Shown: positions 1 to 9,885, counted from the first letter of the stretch. The stretch: DNA of 64,000 nt from an uncultured Clostridia bacterium (GCA_944381085.1 CALWJX010000005.1:24289-88288); one strand, 5' to 3'. The notes: generated by a model from the sequence alone, not told the origin. Numbers and translations: made by a program.

Positions 1-285
1 CTGGAAATCCTTTCTGAAAACCGCAAATTCGACATTATAACATTATATATTATATATCATTTGCGCGATAAAGTCAATATTTAATTTGGGAATTTTTATT
101 TCTGCCGGCAATAAGGCGGTCTTTGAGACAATTTATTTTAAAATAAAAAAGTAAATTTTACGAAAACCACTTTACTTTAGCGTAATAAAGTGATAAAATA
201 TAAATGTATGCGTAACCGTATGCCCGTACGACGCATAATAGCCTGAAAAAGGAACTCCCGAATCACGAAAGGAATTTCTGTCAGA

Positions 286-591
286 ATGAAAAACAATGTT
301 AACGATGAAAATTTTGATTTTTTGTTTAAGTGTATTTTATCGCTTCAGACCGTGGAAGACTGTCGCAATTTTTTTGAAGATCTTTGCACAATATCGGAGC
401 TTCAGGAGATGTCGAGAAGAATGAAAGCGGCTAAAATGCTCAACAGCGGATACGTTTACTCCGAGATTGCCGTGCAGACCGGCTTGAGTACCGCTACGAT
501 AAGCCGTGTCAACCGTTGTCTGAAATACGGCAGCGACGGTTATATCAAGGCTCTGGAAAATGTCAAAAAAGAAGAAAAAAGGAATAAGTAG
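286..591 (+). CDS. YerC/YecD-type TrpR-like DNA-binding protein
   Basis: 101-aa ORF. The C-terminal HTH-like segment (EIAVQTGLSTATISRVNRCLKYG) and overall layout are typical of the small TrpR-related YerC/YecD family. Confidence 0.7.
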   Translation: MKNNVNDENFDFLFKCILSLQTVEDCRNFFEDLCTISELQEMSRRMKAAKMLNSGYVYSEIAVQTGLSTATISRVNRCLKYGSDGYIKALENVKKEEKRNK

Positions 592-592
592 T

Positions 593-1369
593 ATGTCGGA
601 TATTTATAAATCGATTTTCGGCATATACGACAGCGTAAACGGCGGGATAAATTACGGGGCATGGGCGGACTTTGTTGAAAAAAACTTTGACAGATTCATG
701 GAAAGCAGACCGTCTCTCGTGCTCGACCTTGCCTGCGGCACGGGAAAAATGACACTTGAGCTGGCAAAGAGAGGATACGACATGATAGGAGTGGATATAA
801 GCGAGGATATGCTGTCCGTCGCTTATGACAATATGTGCTCGTCGGAAAAAAGAAACAAAATTCTGTATTTATGTCAGGACATGCGCGCGTTTGAACTTTA
901 CGGGACGGTGGGAGCTGTGACCTGTTGCCTTGACGGCATTAATTATCTTTTGGACATTAAAGAGCTTGAAAAGTGTTTTTTATGTGTTCATAATTATCTT
1001 GACCCCGGTGGGCTGTTTCTTTTTGACGTCAATACTCCGTATAAGTTTGAAAATGTATACGCGGACAACGCGTATGTGCTTGAGACTGAGGACGACAAAG
1101 GTCTTATGTCTTTCTGCGGATGGCAGAATGAGTACGATAAAGAAACCCGTATATGTAATTTTTATCTGACGGTTTTTACCGAAAAGAATGACGGCTTGTA
1201 TACCCGCAAGGACGAGGTACAGTCCGAGAGATGCTATGACAAAAAAGAGCTATGGGATCTGCTTTCCGAATGTGGGTTTGAATGCTTAGGATTTTTCGGG
1301 GACTTTGATTTTGGCGAGCCCGGCAATGACTGTCAGCGCTGGTATATCGCCGCTAAAGCATTGAAGTAG
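593..1369 (+). CDS. class I SAM-dependent methyltransferase
   Basis: SAM-binding motif I (VLDLACGTGKMT). Start moved to the ATG at 593 (MSDIYK...) because the upstream part of the ORF overlaps the previous gene. Confidence 0.75.
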   Translation: MSDIYKSIFGIYDSVNGGINYGAWADFVEKNFDRFMESRPSLVLDLACGTGKMTLELAKRGYDMIGVDISEDMLSVAYDNMCSSEKRNKILYLCQDMRAFELYGTVGAVTCCLDGINYLLDIKELEKCFLCVHNYLDPGGLFLFDVNTPYKFENVYADNAYVLETEDDKGLMSFCGWQNEYDKETRICNFYLTVFTEKNDGLYTRKDEVQSERCYDKKELWDLLSECGFECLGFFGDFDFGEPGNDCQRWYIAAKALK

Positions 1370-1481
1370 TCTTTATCGGTCATTGTCAGATGCAATTTTT
1401 GCGTGAAGGAATATTGTGAAATTCAGATTTTACAGGTATGTCTGAGTAATTTTAAATTAGTAAATAAGGAGCTATTTTACT

Positions 1482-2363
1482 GTGGATAAAAAATCAGCGA
1501 TTTTGCGCGGTATGACCGTTGACGGGAGCGCGAGAATACATGTAATAAACTCAACCGATATAGTGAATACCGCGATTAAATATCATAAGACCTCGCCGAC
1601 CGCTTCGGCGGCTCTCGGCAGACTGTTGAGTGCGACTTCGATGATGGGGTGTATGCTCGGCGAAAAAGAAGACAGCATAACGGTGAGCATAGCCGGCGAC
1701 GGACCGGCGGGAAAAATAATCGCCGTCAGTGATTATATCGGAAATGTAAGAGGGTATATTGAAAATCCCTCCGCAGACATTCCGCTCAAGCCGAACGGGA
1801 AGCTTGACGTGGGAAAATTTGTGGGCAAGGGGTATCTGAATATTGTCAGGGATACCGGTGGGAAAGAACCCTATACGGGGTCGGTTGAACTGGTTTCAGG
1901 CGAAATCGCCGAGGATGTCGCCTCATATTTTGCCGTCAGCGAGCAGATTCCTACCGTGTGCGCTTTGGGCGTGCTTGTTGACAGAGATCTGACATGCCGC
2001 GCGGCGGGCGGAGTGCTTATTCAGCTTCTGCCTTTTGCCGACGAGGAGACCGTTAATCGGCTTGAGCGGAACGTGTCAAAGCTTACTGATGTTTCAAGGC
2101 TGTTTGACAATAGACTCAGCAATAAGGAAATCGCGGATATTGCGCTTGAGGGAATAGACTATGACGTGTTTGACGAGCTTGAAGTGGAGTACAGGTGCAA
2201 TTGCTCAAAAGAACGATTTGCAAAGGCTATACGATCCATGGGCAGCGAAGATGTACGTAAGCTTTTTGACGAGCAAAAGGCGGAGGGAAAGCCGGAAGAG
2301 CTTGAAGTGATCTGCAGATTCTGCAATACGGCGTATACGTTTGTTCCGTCCGATCTGTTGTAA
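1482..2363 (+). CDS. hslO: redox-regulated chaperone Hsp33
   Basis: Full-length Hsp33-like sequence with the C-terminal zinc centre CxC (YRCNCS) ... CxxC (CRFCNTAY). GTG start with AAGGAG about 10 nt upstream. Confidence 0.9.
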   Translation: MDKKSAILRGMTVDGSARIHVINSTDIVNTAIKYHKTSPTASAALGRLLSATSMMGCMLGEKEDSITVSIAGDGPAGKIIAVSDYIGNVRGYIENPSADIPLKPNGKLDVGKFVGKGYLNIVRDTGGKEPYTGSVELVSGEIAEDVASYFAVSEQIPTVCALGVLVDRDLTCRAAGGVLIQLLPFADEETVNRLERNVSKLTDVSRLFDNRLSNKEIADIALEGIDYDVFDELEVEYRCNCSKERFAKAIRSMGSEDVRKLFDEQKAEGKPEELEVICRFCNTAYTFVPSDLL

Positions 2364-2719
2364 AGGTCGTGGATATATCCCGAAATATCGGGTGTTCACT
2401 GAGCTTTATTTTATAATTAAGAGACAACAATAATAAGACGTCTGCCTCAAACCTTCCCGCAGTAAGGCCGAGGCAGACTTATTGTCGTCATTCTAAACCC
2501 AAAACACCGTCGCGGTTTAAAAAAGCTTTAGCATTGTTAAGGTTTTTGCGAAACATCCGTCCGTTTTCGGTAATGGCGATATCCGTTAATTAAAATAAGG
2601 CAGGTCAATATGGCCGGCGGCGGATTGACCGGTCTTAGGCTGAACATGTGAAGTTGCCAAAGGAGGAAATCGCAAGCTGTCAAAACGGCCGGCGGATTTG
2701 ATTTTTTAAACATACGTAT

Positions 2720-3280
2720 TTATAAAAACATTTTTCTGAGCTGTTTACCGCCGAGAGCCGCCTTAAGCGCGTCGGGCAGTAAAGAGAAATCCGCGACAAG
2801 CGAATGCGGTTTTTTAACCGGGTCGTCTTGTTTCATGGGTACGAAAAATATATTTTTTCTTGATGAAAGCTTCGCTATGTTGCCGAGATTGGCGGACATG
2901 GCGTCGTTTGACGCAAGCGCTATCAAAAGGGGTCTGTCCTGTCTCAGATGCGCCTTTGCCGCCATGCAAACGGGAGTGTCGGTTATTCCGTTTGCCAGCT
3001 TGGCCAGCGTGTTGCCGGTGCAAGGACAAATAATGAGCGCGTCAAGCGAAATTTTAGGTCCCAGCGGCTCAGCGTCGGGAATTGTGTGAACAATATCCCT
3101 GCCGCATACACTTTTTACTTCGTTTATCCACTTTTGCGATGTGCCGAAACGGGTATCGGTCGTGTATACGCTGTCGCTCATGATAGGCAATATATCTGTT
3201 CCCATACTTACCAATTGCCTGAGTATGGCCATTGAATTTTCAAGTGTGCAGAAGGATCCGCACATAGCATATCCTGTCAT
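2720..3280 (-). CDS. dpaB: dipicolinate synthase subunit B
   Basis: Flavoprotein-like 186-aa protein (GYAMCGSFCT..., ICPCTGNTLAKLANGI) immediately downstream of the dpaA-like gene. Confidence 0.85.
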   Translation of the reverse strand: MTGYAMCGSFCTLENSMAILRQLVSMGTDILPIMSDSVYTTDTRFGTSQKWINEVKSVCGRDIVHTIPDAEPLGPKISLDALIICPCTGNTLAKLANGITDTPVCMAAKAHLRQDRPLLIALASNDAMSANLGNIAKLSSRKNIFFVPMKQDDPVKKPHSLVADFSLLPDALKAALGGKQLRKMFL

Positions 3281-3332
3281 CGAAATGCATTTCCTTTCCC
3301 GGGAACCGTTGTAAAAAATAAAAGCTCCCGTA

Positions 3333-4268
3333 TTACAAAAAAATTCCTTTTTGACTCATAATGTAAATTACCTCATCGGATATATACTGACCCGCGCTTT
3401 CCGGGGCGTACCGTCCGGGCAGGGAAGGGGCAAATATGATTTTGTGTCCTGTATCTCTTGCGGCTTCAGTATCGAATCCGCCCGGAGCGGATGCAAGCTC
3501 TATGAATATCGGTCTGCGTTCGATATGTTCAAGAGTGGCGCGTCCCACGATTATCGACGGCACGGTGTTGAAAATTGCGTCACAGCCGTTCAGAACAGAT
3601 GCAAATTCACGGCAATACGAAAGGTTTTCCTTAGGTTGGAGTTTAAATGTGCAAAAGCCCATATCCGCGGCGCTTTCAAGCGTTTCATCCCTTCTTGCGA
3701 AAATGGTTGCCTGACCGCCGAGATTTTTGATTATACCGGCAAGTATTTTACCTATCCGTCCGTATCCCAGAATCGCAAACCGAGAGCCTCTGATGGTTTT
3801 CCGGAGGTTTTCCATGCATGTCATAAGCGCTCCTTCGGCAGTCGGAAGCGCGTTTTTTAACTGCAGAGTCTCGGAAAGAAAATAATCGGTGACATCATAC
3901 CCGTTTTTTTCGGCGATTCCGGAAAAAAGAGCGGGCAGTTTTCCACCGAGGATGTATTTTTTTTCGTTGTTGCAGTTGTTTCGGATTAGGTCGTATATGC
4001 TTATATCAGGCTGTTCGCATTCCCGATTGCCGGATACAGGGGCACAGGTAAGATGCACATTGTCTCCGGTGGCGGGGAGAGGGAGAATAATAATCTGACT
4101 TGACTTAACCGCTTCCGCGGCTCCTGTAAATTCTTCTTCGTTCGCGGCGCAGAATTTATTGCATGTTTTTATGATATGTCCTCTGTTTCGAAGGATCTGA
4201 GTTACCGTTTTCTGGCGAATATCTCCGCCGAGAACAGCTATGTTATATTTTTTTTCGGTGATTTCCAT
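3333..4268 (-). CDS. dpaA: dipicolinate synthase subunit A
   Basis: Dehydrogenase-like protein with a Rossmann motif (ILGYGRIGK), paired with dpaB in the spoVF-type arrangement. Confidence 0.8.
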   Translation of the reverse strand: MEITEKKYNIAVLGGDIRQKTVTQILRNRGHIIKTCNKFCAANEEEFTGAAEAVKSSQIIILPLPATGDNVHLTCAPVSGNRECEQPDISIYDLIRNNCNNEKKYILGGKLPALFSGIAEKNGYDVTDYFLSETLQLKNALPTAEGALMTCMENLRKTIRGSRFAILGYGRIGKILAGIIKNLGGQATIFARRDETLESAADMGFCTFKLQPKENLSYCREFASVLNGCDAIFNTVPSIIVGRATLEHIERRPIFIELASAPGGFDTEAARDTGHKIIFAPSLPGRYAPESAGQYISDEVIYIMSQKGIFL

Positions 4269-4543
4269 TCAAATCATTACCGTACCTTTCATTCGATTAG
4301 GTGCTGAAGGTTTGTAAAATCCGCCATGCGGCTTTACATTCACATTATATGCGTGATAATAAAATGATGACAAAGGTCGAAAGTTAAACTTTTATGAAAT
4401 TATGTGAAAAAGAAATTCGTTATTAACAGTTTATTCATACAAATGTTTTTCGGATGTGTTATAATTAAGTGATTTAAAATTGAATTAACATATTGAGGAA
4501 GAAGCGTTCTGACCGATTCCTTGATTTTAAACGGAGGTAATTT

Positions 4544-6016
4544 ATGTCTGAACTGAAAATGCTTGCCATAGATCTCGGCGCGTCGAGCGGAAGAGGCATT
4601 ATAGGCTCGTTTGACGGAGAAAAACTTACTTTGCGAGAAAATCACCGTTTTTCAAACGATCCCGTTTTTGTAAACGGAAGATTTACCTGGGATATTCTCA
4701 GAATTTTCTTTGAGATTAAAAATTCCGTCACCAAAACGGTAATTGAGGGTGATAATGTTTCATCTATGGGAATTGACACTTGGGGAGTCGATTACGGTTT
4801 TATCGATAAGAACGGAAGGATGATGGCAAACCCCACTCACTACCGTGACACGAGAACCTTAGGTATAACCGATTATGTTAAAAACTTTGTTTCTCCGGAA
4901 GAGATTTACAAGGTTACGGGAATTCAGGCAATAGATTTCAATACTCTCAATCAGCTTGCCGCCGATAAGAGGGACGACCCCGAGATGCTTGAAAGAGCCG
5001 AAAAAATGCTGTTTATTCCGGATCTGCTCAATTATTTTCTGACCGGTAAAATGGTGACGGAGTACACGGTAGCCTCAACCGGAATGATACTTGACGCGGC
5101 TAAAAGAGACTTTGCGTTTGACCTTACCGACAGACTCGGAATCAGGCGTTCGCTCTTCGCTCCTCTGGTTCAGCCCTGCAACGGCCTGGGCGGGCTTCTG
5201 CCTCAGATAAACGAGGAAGTCGGGAAAAACAACATAAAGGTTGTCAATGTCGCTTCGCACGACACCGCAAGCGCGGTAATAGCGGTTCCCGCGAAAAATA
5301 AGGATTTCATATACATATCCAGCGGCACATGGTCGCTCATGGGCGCCGAATTGTCCGAGCCGCTTATTAATGATGAGACAAGGGCGGCTAACTTCACAAA
5401 CGAGGGCGGAATTATGAATACCATCCGTTTCCTCAAGAATATAATGGGACTCTGGATCATTCAGGAGTCAAGAAGACAGTGGAAGAGAGAGGGAAAGGAT
5501 TACAGCTTTGCTCAGATGGAGATGTGGGCGAAGGAAGAAAAGCCGTTTGCGTCGCTTATTAATCCGGACTATTATACTTTCAATACTCCCGGAAACATGC
5601 CGGAAAAGATTCGCGACTTTTGTCGGGCTACAGGTCAGCATGTTCCCGAAAGCGTGGGTGAGGTGGTGCGCTGCATTTACGAGTCTCTTGCGCTTAAATA
5701 CAGATATACGGTTGAAACCATTGAAAAACTCATGGGTAAGAAAACGTCTGTCATAAATGTTGTAGGCGGAGGTACAAAGGATAAATTCCTGTCTCAGATG
5801 ACCGCCGACGCATGTGGTATACCGGTGTGCGCGGGACCCGAAGAAGCCACCGCCATCGGAAATCTCATGACGCAGGCGATTGCCGCCGGTGAGATAGCAA
5901 ATCTTGACGAGGCAAGAGATGTGGTCGCGGCGTCATTTGAGCTCAAACATTATGAACCGACAGCACAAAGAGACGATTGGGACCGCGCTTATGAAAAATT
6001 CATGAAGCTGCAGTAA
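4544..6016 (+). CDS. rhaB: FGGY-family carbohydrate kinase, rhamnulokinase-like
   Basis: N-terminal AIDLGASSGR motif and 490-aa length are typical of rhamnulokinases. GGAGG RBS upstream. Confidence 0.65.
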   Translation: MSELKMLAIDLGASSGRGIIGSFDGEKLTLRENHRFSNDPVFVNGRFTWDILRIFFEIKNSVTKTVIEGDNVSSMGIDTWGVDYGFIDKNGRMMANPTHYRDTRTLGITDYVKNFVSPEEIYKVTGIQAIDFNTLNQLAADKRDDPEMLERAEKMLFIPDLLNYFLTGKMVTEYTVASTGMILDAAKRDFAFDLTDRLGIRRSLFAPLVQPCNGLGGLLPQINEEVGKNNIKVVNVASHDTASAVIAVPAKNKDFIYISSGTWSLMGAELSEPLINDETRAANFTNEGGIMNTIRFLKNIMGLWIIQESRRQWKREGKDYSFAQMEMWAKEEKPFASLINPDYYTFNTPGNMPEKIRDFCRATGQHVPESVGEVVRCIYESLALKYRYTVETIEKLMGKKTSVINVVGGGTKDKFLSQMTADACGIPVCAGPEEATAIGNLMTQAIAAGEIANLDEARDVVAASFELKHYEPTAQRDDWDRAYEKFMKLQ

Positions 6017-6091
6017 GATATTTTTGTATTGAGTTTAAGAATTTTTTAATGTGATTTGATGTGAAAGGTAGTATTTGGAGGATTGTATAAC

Positions 6092-7255
6092 ATGAAGGAA
6101 GCACAGATTGCCGAGTTAAGCGTAATAGGAATGAGAGGCTGTGAAAATTTTGCCGAGCAGGTGGACAATTACCTTAAAGACTGGCGCAGACATACAAGCG
6201 AGGATACGTATCTTGTCGAGACAGTCTGTCCGCGATTCGGCACCGGAGAAGGCAAGGGACTGATACATCAGTCCATGCGCGGACAGGATGTGTATATCAT
6301 CTGCGACACTTTCAATTACGGAGTTACCTATCGGATGTACGGTCAGACGGTTCCTATGAGCCCGGACGACCACTATGCGGACCTTAAAAGAATAATTGCC
6401 GCTATAGCCGGTAAGGCGAGAAGAATAACGGTAATTATGCCGATGCTTTACGAGGGCAGGCAGCATAAAAGATCGGCACGTGAATCGCTTGACTGTGCCA
6501 TCATGCTTCAGGAACTTGTGGCGATGGGCGTAGCCAATATAATTACATTTGACGCCCACGACCCAAGGGTATGCAACGCAATCCCGCTTTCCGGATTTGA
6601 CAACGCAAGACCTACCTATCAGATGATTAAAGCGTTGGTCAGAACAGTGCCGGATATTATTATAGACAAGGAAAACCTTATGATAATATCCCCGGACGAG
6701 GGCGCGATGGGAAGGTGCATGTATTATTCGTCGGTGCTCGGAATAGATGTGGGCATGTTTTACAAAAGACGGAACTATTCAATAGTGATCAACGGAAAAA
6801 ATCCGATCGAGGCTCATGAATACCTTGGGCAGGACATTACCGATAAGGACGTTATAGTGGTGGACGATATGATATCTTCGGGTGATTCCATGCTTGACGT
6901 TTGCAGACAGCTTAAAAGCAGGGGGGCAAAGCGTATATTCACATTCGCTACTTTCGGTCTGTTTACCGACGGATTCGATAAATTCGACAAGGCGTATGAG
7001 GACGGCGTAATAACCAAAGTGTTTACCACAAATCTTGTTTACCGGCGTCCCGGTCTGCTTCAGAAAGAATGGCATGTGGATGTCAATATGTGCAAATATG
7101 TGTCGTATATAATAGACACGCTCAATCATGACGCTACCATCAGCGGACTGCTTGATCCGACAAAGAAGATTAATACTCTCATTGCGAAGCACAAGGCTGA
7201 AATGGAAGAATCACAGGGACAGATTAAAATGAATTTTGAAGAAGACAAACAGTGA
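6092..7255 (+). CDS. prs: ribose-phosphate pyrophosphokinase (long form)
   Basis: PRPP-binding loop VVDDMISSGDSM. ATG at 6092 preferred over the TTG at 6083 because the GGAGGA RBS lies 9 nt upstream. Confidence 0.85.
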   Translation: MKEAQIAELSVIGMRGCENFAEQVDNYLKDWRRHTSEDTYLVETVCPRFGTGEGKGLIHQSMRGQDVYIICDTFNYGVTYRMYGQTVPMSPDDHYADLKRIIAAIAGKARRITVIMPMLYEGRQHKRSARESLDCAIMLQELVAMGVANIITFDAHDPRVCNAIPLSGFDNARPTYQMIKALVRTVPDIIIDKENLMIISPDEGAMGRCMYYSSVLGIDVGMFYKRRNYSIVINGKNPIEAHEYLGQDITDKDVIVVDDMISSGDSMLDVCRQLKSRGAKRIFTFATFGLFTDGFDKFDKAYEDGVITKVFTTNLVYRRPGLLQKEWHVDVNMCKYVSYIIDTLNHDATISGLLDPTKKINTLIAKHKAEMEESQGQIKMNFEEDKQ

Positions 7256-7400
7256 TTTTTCCTTATGTAAAGGTAAGGTTAAACCTTTGTCTGAATTTTT
7301 AAAGGACGCCGGGTTTAATATCAATGCCGCATAATTGAGTAATTTGAAAATATATCAAAATATAACTATATAGCTTTATGGGCGTTACAAAGGCGCAAAA

Positions 7401-7445
7401 GACAGCGTAGAAGGCAGAAATGCTTTTTACGCTGTCTTTATAAAG
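7401..7445 (+). terminator. intrinsic terminator candidate downstream of prs
   Basis: Stem GACAGCGTA (7401-7409) / TACGCTGTC (7428-7436) followed by a T-rich tract. Confidence 0.55.
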
Positions 7446-7568
7446 TTTTTCTATTCGGGATTTTCGTCAGGTGTGTTTTGGTCGGCGCCAATGCCTGTAG
7501 TGAGAAAAATAAATCAGACGATGCAAATTATCATACAAATAAATTATATTTTAAAGGAGGATATAAAA

Positions 7569-8159
7569 ATGGATTTAAATAAACAAAATGAACGAATTTT
7601 AAGCGGTAAAATGTATAATGATTTAACTGCAGAACTGGTTGAGGCAAGGGAAAAAGCCGTTTTACTGACAAACGAATACAATGCAAGTTTTGGAAAAACT
7701 CCGGAAGAAAGACAGTCTGTTTTGAAAATAATTTTGAAATCCGTTGGAGAAAACGTTCACTTTGAACCGACCTTCAGATGTGAATTTGGCTACAATATTT
7801 CAATCGGAGATAATTTTTATGCAAATTTTGATTGCGTAATGCTTGATGGCGGTGGAATAGAGATTGGAAATAATGTGCTTTTTGGACCAAGAGTAGGAAT
7901 ATATACATCTAATCACGCGGCAGACGCATGGGAACGGGCGAACGGAGCGTGCTATGCAAAACCGGTGAAAATCGGAAATAATGTGTGGATCGGCGCGGGA
8001 GTACATATAAATCAGGGAGTTACCATAGGAGATAATACAATTATCGGTTCCGGAAGCGTAGTTACTAAAAGCATTCCTGCGAATGTGATCGCGGCAGGTG
8101 TTCCATGTAAAGTGATTAGGGAAATAACGGATAAGGATAAGACAGATTATCGACCGTAA
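7569..8159 (+). CDS. maa: sugar (maltose/galactoside-type) O-acetyltransferase, hexapeptide-repeat family
   Basis: Mac-type N-terminus (MYNDLTAELVEAREKAVLLTNEYN) plus left-handed beta-helix repeats (IGNNVWIGAGVHINQGVTIGDNTIIGSGSVV). ATG at 7569 is preceded by AAAGGAGGA. Confidence 0.85.
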   Translation: MDLNKQNERILSGKMYNDLTAELVEAREKAVLLTNEYNASFGKTPEERQSVLKIILKSVGENVHFEPTFRCEFGYNISIGDNFYANFDCVMLDGGGIEIGNNVLFGPRVGIYTSNHAADAWERANGACYAKPVKIGNNVWIGAGVHINQGVTIGDNTIIGSGSVVTKSIPANVIAAGVPCKVIREITDKDKTDYRP

Positions 8160-8414
8160 AATGCAGATTTCACTGCGGGATGTGCCGTCGCGTATATTGA
8201 GCGTCAACTCGCGATTTCCGTATGCAAAGGACTTGGAAGCGATGGAAAAATTATTCTTGCCAATATTCTGACTCCGGCAATTTTGTATTAATATTGACGG
8301 AAAGGGTAAATAATCAGGCTGAATGGATTTATTATTTAACCGTATTCATATGCAGTTAATAAATTTGTGCTAATATAAAACGATAGGCTTGAGGTAAAGT
8401 TTGCTTTTGCGATT

Positions 8415-8511
8415 TATAACCAAAGACGTCTTGCCACTTGATTTTTTCAGTGTGGAAATACAAAATATCCCACTGAAAATTTTGAATTACGGGGCTTAGC
8501 CACTTATTGAA
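8415..8511 (+). repeat. dispersed intergenic repeat, copy A (short form)
   Basis: TATAACCAAAGACGTCTTGCCACTTGATTTTTTC - imperfect palindrome CAGTGTGGA..TCCCACTG - AAAATTTTGAATTACGGGGCTTAGCCACTTATTGAA. Aligns with copies B-E. Confidence 0.8.
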
Positions 8512-8535
8512 TTGCGGAAAGGTATGCAGGTATAT

Positions 8536-9759
8536 ATGAGTAAAAACAAAAATAAGCAGTGCAATGTCAGAAAGACCTCAATCGGAGGTCAGGCGCTGAT
8601 GGAAGGAATCATGATGCGCGGTCCAAAAACCACCGCCATGGCGGTGCGAAACACGGACGGTGAGATAATCATGGAAAAGTTTCCGACACGGACTACCGCG
8701 AAAAATAAATTTTTCAGGCTGCCTGTAATCAGAGGAGTGTTTAACTTTGTAGATTCCATGGTGTTCGGAACCAAATGCCTTATGCGATCCGCCGAGATTT
8801 CGGGGCTTGAAGAAGTCGAGGAAGAGATGAAAAAAGAAAAGGAAGCGAAAAAAGCCGCGAAAGCGGCAAAAAAAAGCGCTGTTCAGTCTGACGCTTCGGT
8901 TGTTTCGGATGAAAATTCAAAGGCTTCAGTAAAGAGTGATACTGATCCGGAAACACAGTCAAACACAAATGCCGGTGATAAATCCGACGTCAAAGATTCG
9001 GTTATCAATGAAAAAAACAGGGACACGGCAGATGTGGAAGACAAGGGAGAAAAAAACGATAAACCCGAAGAAAAAAAGGAAAAGTCGGTCATGATGTCGG
9101 CGGTTATGGTAGTCAGCCTGCTTTTCGGATTTGCTTTGGCAATAGGTCTGTTTATAATACTGCCGTCATATCTTTACAAATGGTCATCGGCGGCTCTTCC
9201 GTTTCTGGCTCCGGAAAACGAGGTTTCAAGGTCTTTTATCAAATCGGTGTTTGAGGGCGTTATCAAGATAGCTCTGCTTGTAGGTTATATGTCCGCGGTG
9301 TCGTTGATGAAGGATATAAGGCGCACGTTTATGTATCACGGAGCAGAGCATAAAACAATATTCTGCTATGAGCACGGGCTTGAGCTTACGGTTGAAAATG
9401 TCAGAAAACAAAAACGCTTTCATCCGAGGTGCGGAACATCTTTCCTTATACTTATGCTGCTTGTGAGCATATTTATTTCATTTTTTATCGACCCTCTCTT
9501 TATCGCGATACTCGGCTACGTGCCGCATACGATATTCAGAGTGCTTTTAAAGCTTCTTCTTCTTCCGATTACCGTGGGAATAGGATATGAGCTTATAAAG
9601 CTTGCGGGAAGACATGACAATCTGTTTACAAAGATTATATCCGCTCCGGGACTCGGACTTCAGCATCTGACGGTTTTTGAGCCGGATGACGACATGATAG
9701 AATGCGCGATATGCGCTATAAAGGAAGTTATTCCCGACGACGGAAGCGATAAATGGTGA
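8536..9759 (+). CDS. DUF1385-family membrane protein with a long K/E/D/S-rich insert
   Basis: Family signatures GGQALMEGIMMRGP and YHGAEHK plus C-terminal TM segments. ATG at 8536 (MSKNKNK) chosen because the upstream ORF part lies inside repeat copy A. Confidence 0.8.
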   Translation: MSKNKNKQCNVRKTSIGGQALMEGIMMRGPKTTAMAVRNTDGEIIMEKFPTRTTAKNKFFRLPVIRGVFNFVDSMVFGTKCLMRSAEISGLEEVEEEMKKEKEAKKAAKAAKKSAVQSDASVVSDENSKASVKSDTDPETQSNTNAGDKSDVKDSVINEKNRDTADVEDKGEKNDKPEEKKEKSVMMSAVMVVSLLFGFALAIGLFIILPSYLYKWSSAALPFLAPENEVSRSFIKSVFEGVIKIALLVGYMSAVSLMKDIRRTFMYHGAEHKTIFCYEHGLELTVENVRKQKRFHPRCGTSFLILMLLVSIFISFFIDPLFIAILGYVPHTIFRVLLKLLLLPITVGIGYELIKLAGRHDNLFTKIISAPGLGLQHLTVFEPDDDMIECAICAIKEVIPDDGSDKW

Positions 9760-9775
9760 CGCGGATTGCGGGTTT

Positions 9776-9885
9776 TATAACTAAGTTTATAACTAAACAG
9801 ATGTCTTGCCGGTTGATTTTTTCGGCTGGGAGATATCAATCTCCCGCTTAAAAAGCCGAATGACGGGGCTTTGCCCTTTACTGAA
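9776..9885 (+). repeat. dispersed intergenic repeat, copy B (short form, 5' end duplicated)
   Basis: TATAACTAAGTT+TATAACTAAACAGATGTCTTGCCGGTTGATTTTTTC - palindrome GGCTGGGAGAT..ATCTCCCGC - ..GACGGGGCTTTGCCCTTTACTGAA. Confidence 0.8.

Noticed and set aside
28-34. TTCGACA heptamer (reverse 0A box) near the window start, considered as a Spo0A binding site.
   Set aside because: A single 7-mer is expected several times by chance in 64 kb. It has no partner boxes or clear target promoter.
8161-8271. 36-codon ORF (MQISLRDVPSRILSVNSRFPYAKDLEAMEKLFLPIF) starting right after the acetyltransferase stop; possible gene remnant.
   Set aside because: It has no RBS and no recognisable family, and it is too short to evaluate without a database search. 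Left unannotated.
8415-8420. The conserved TATAAC at the 5' end of each repeat copy as a -10 box of an element-borne promoter.
   Set aside because: No conserved -35-like sequence is present at the right distance in the five copies, because the upstream flanks are unrelated. It is kept only as an alternative to test by TSS mapping.
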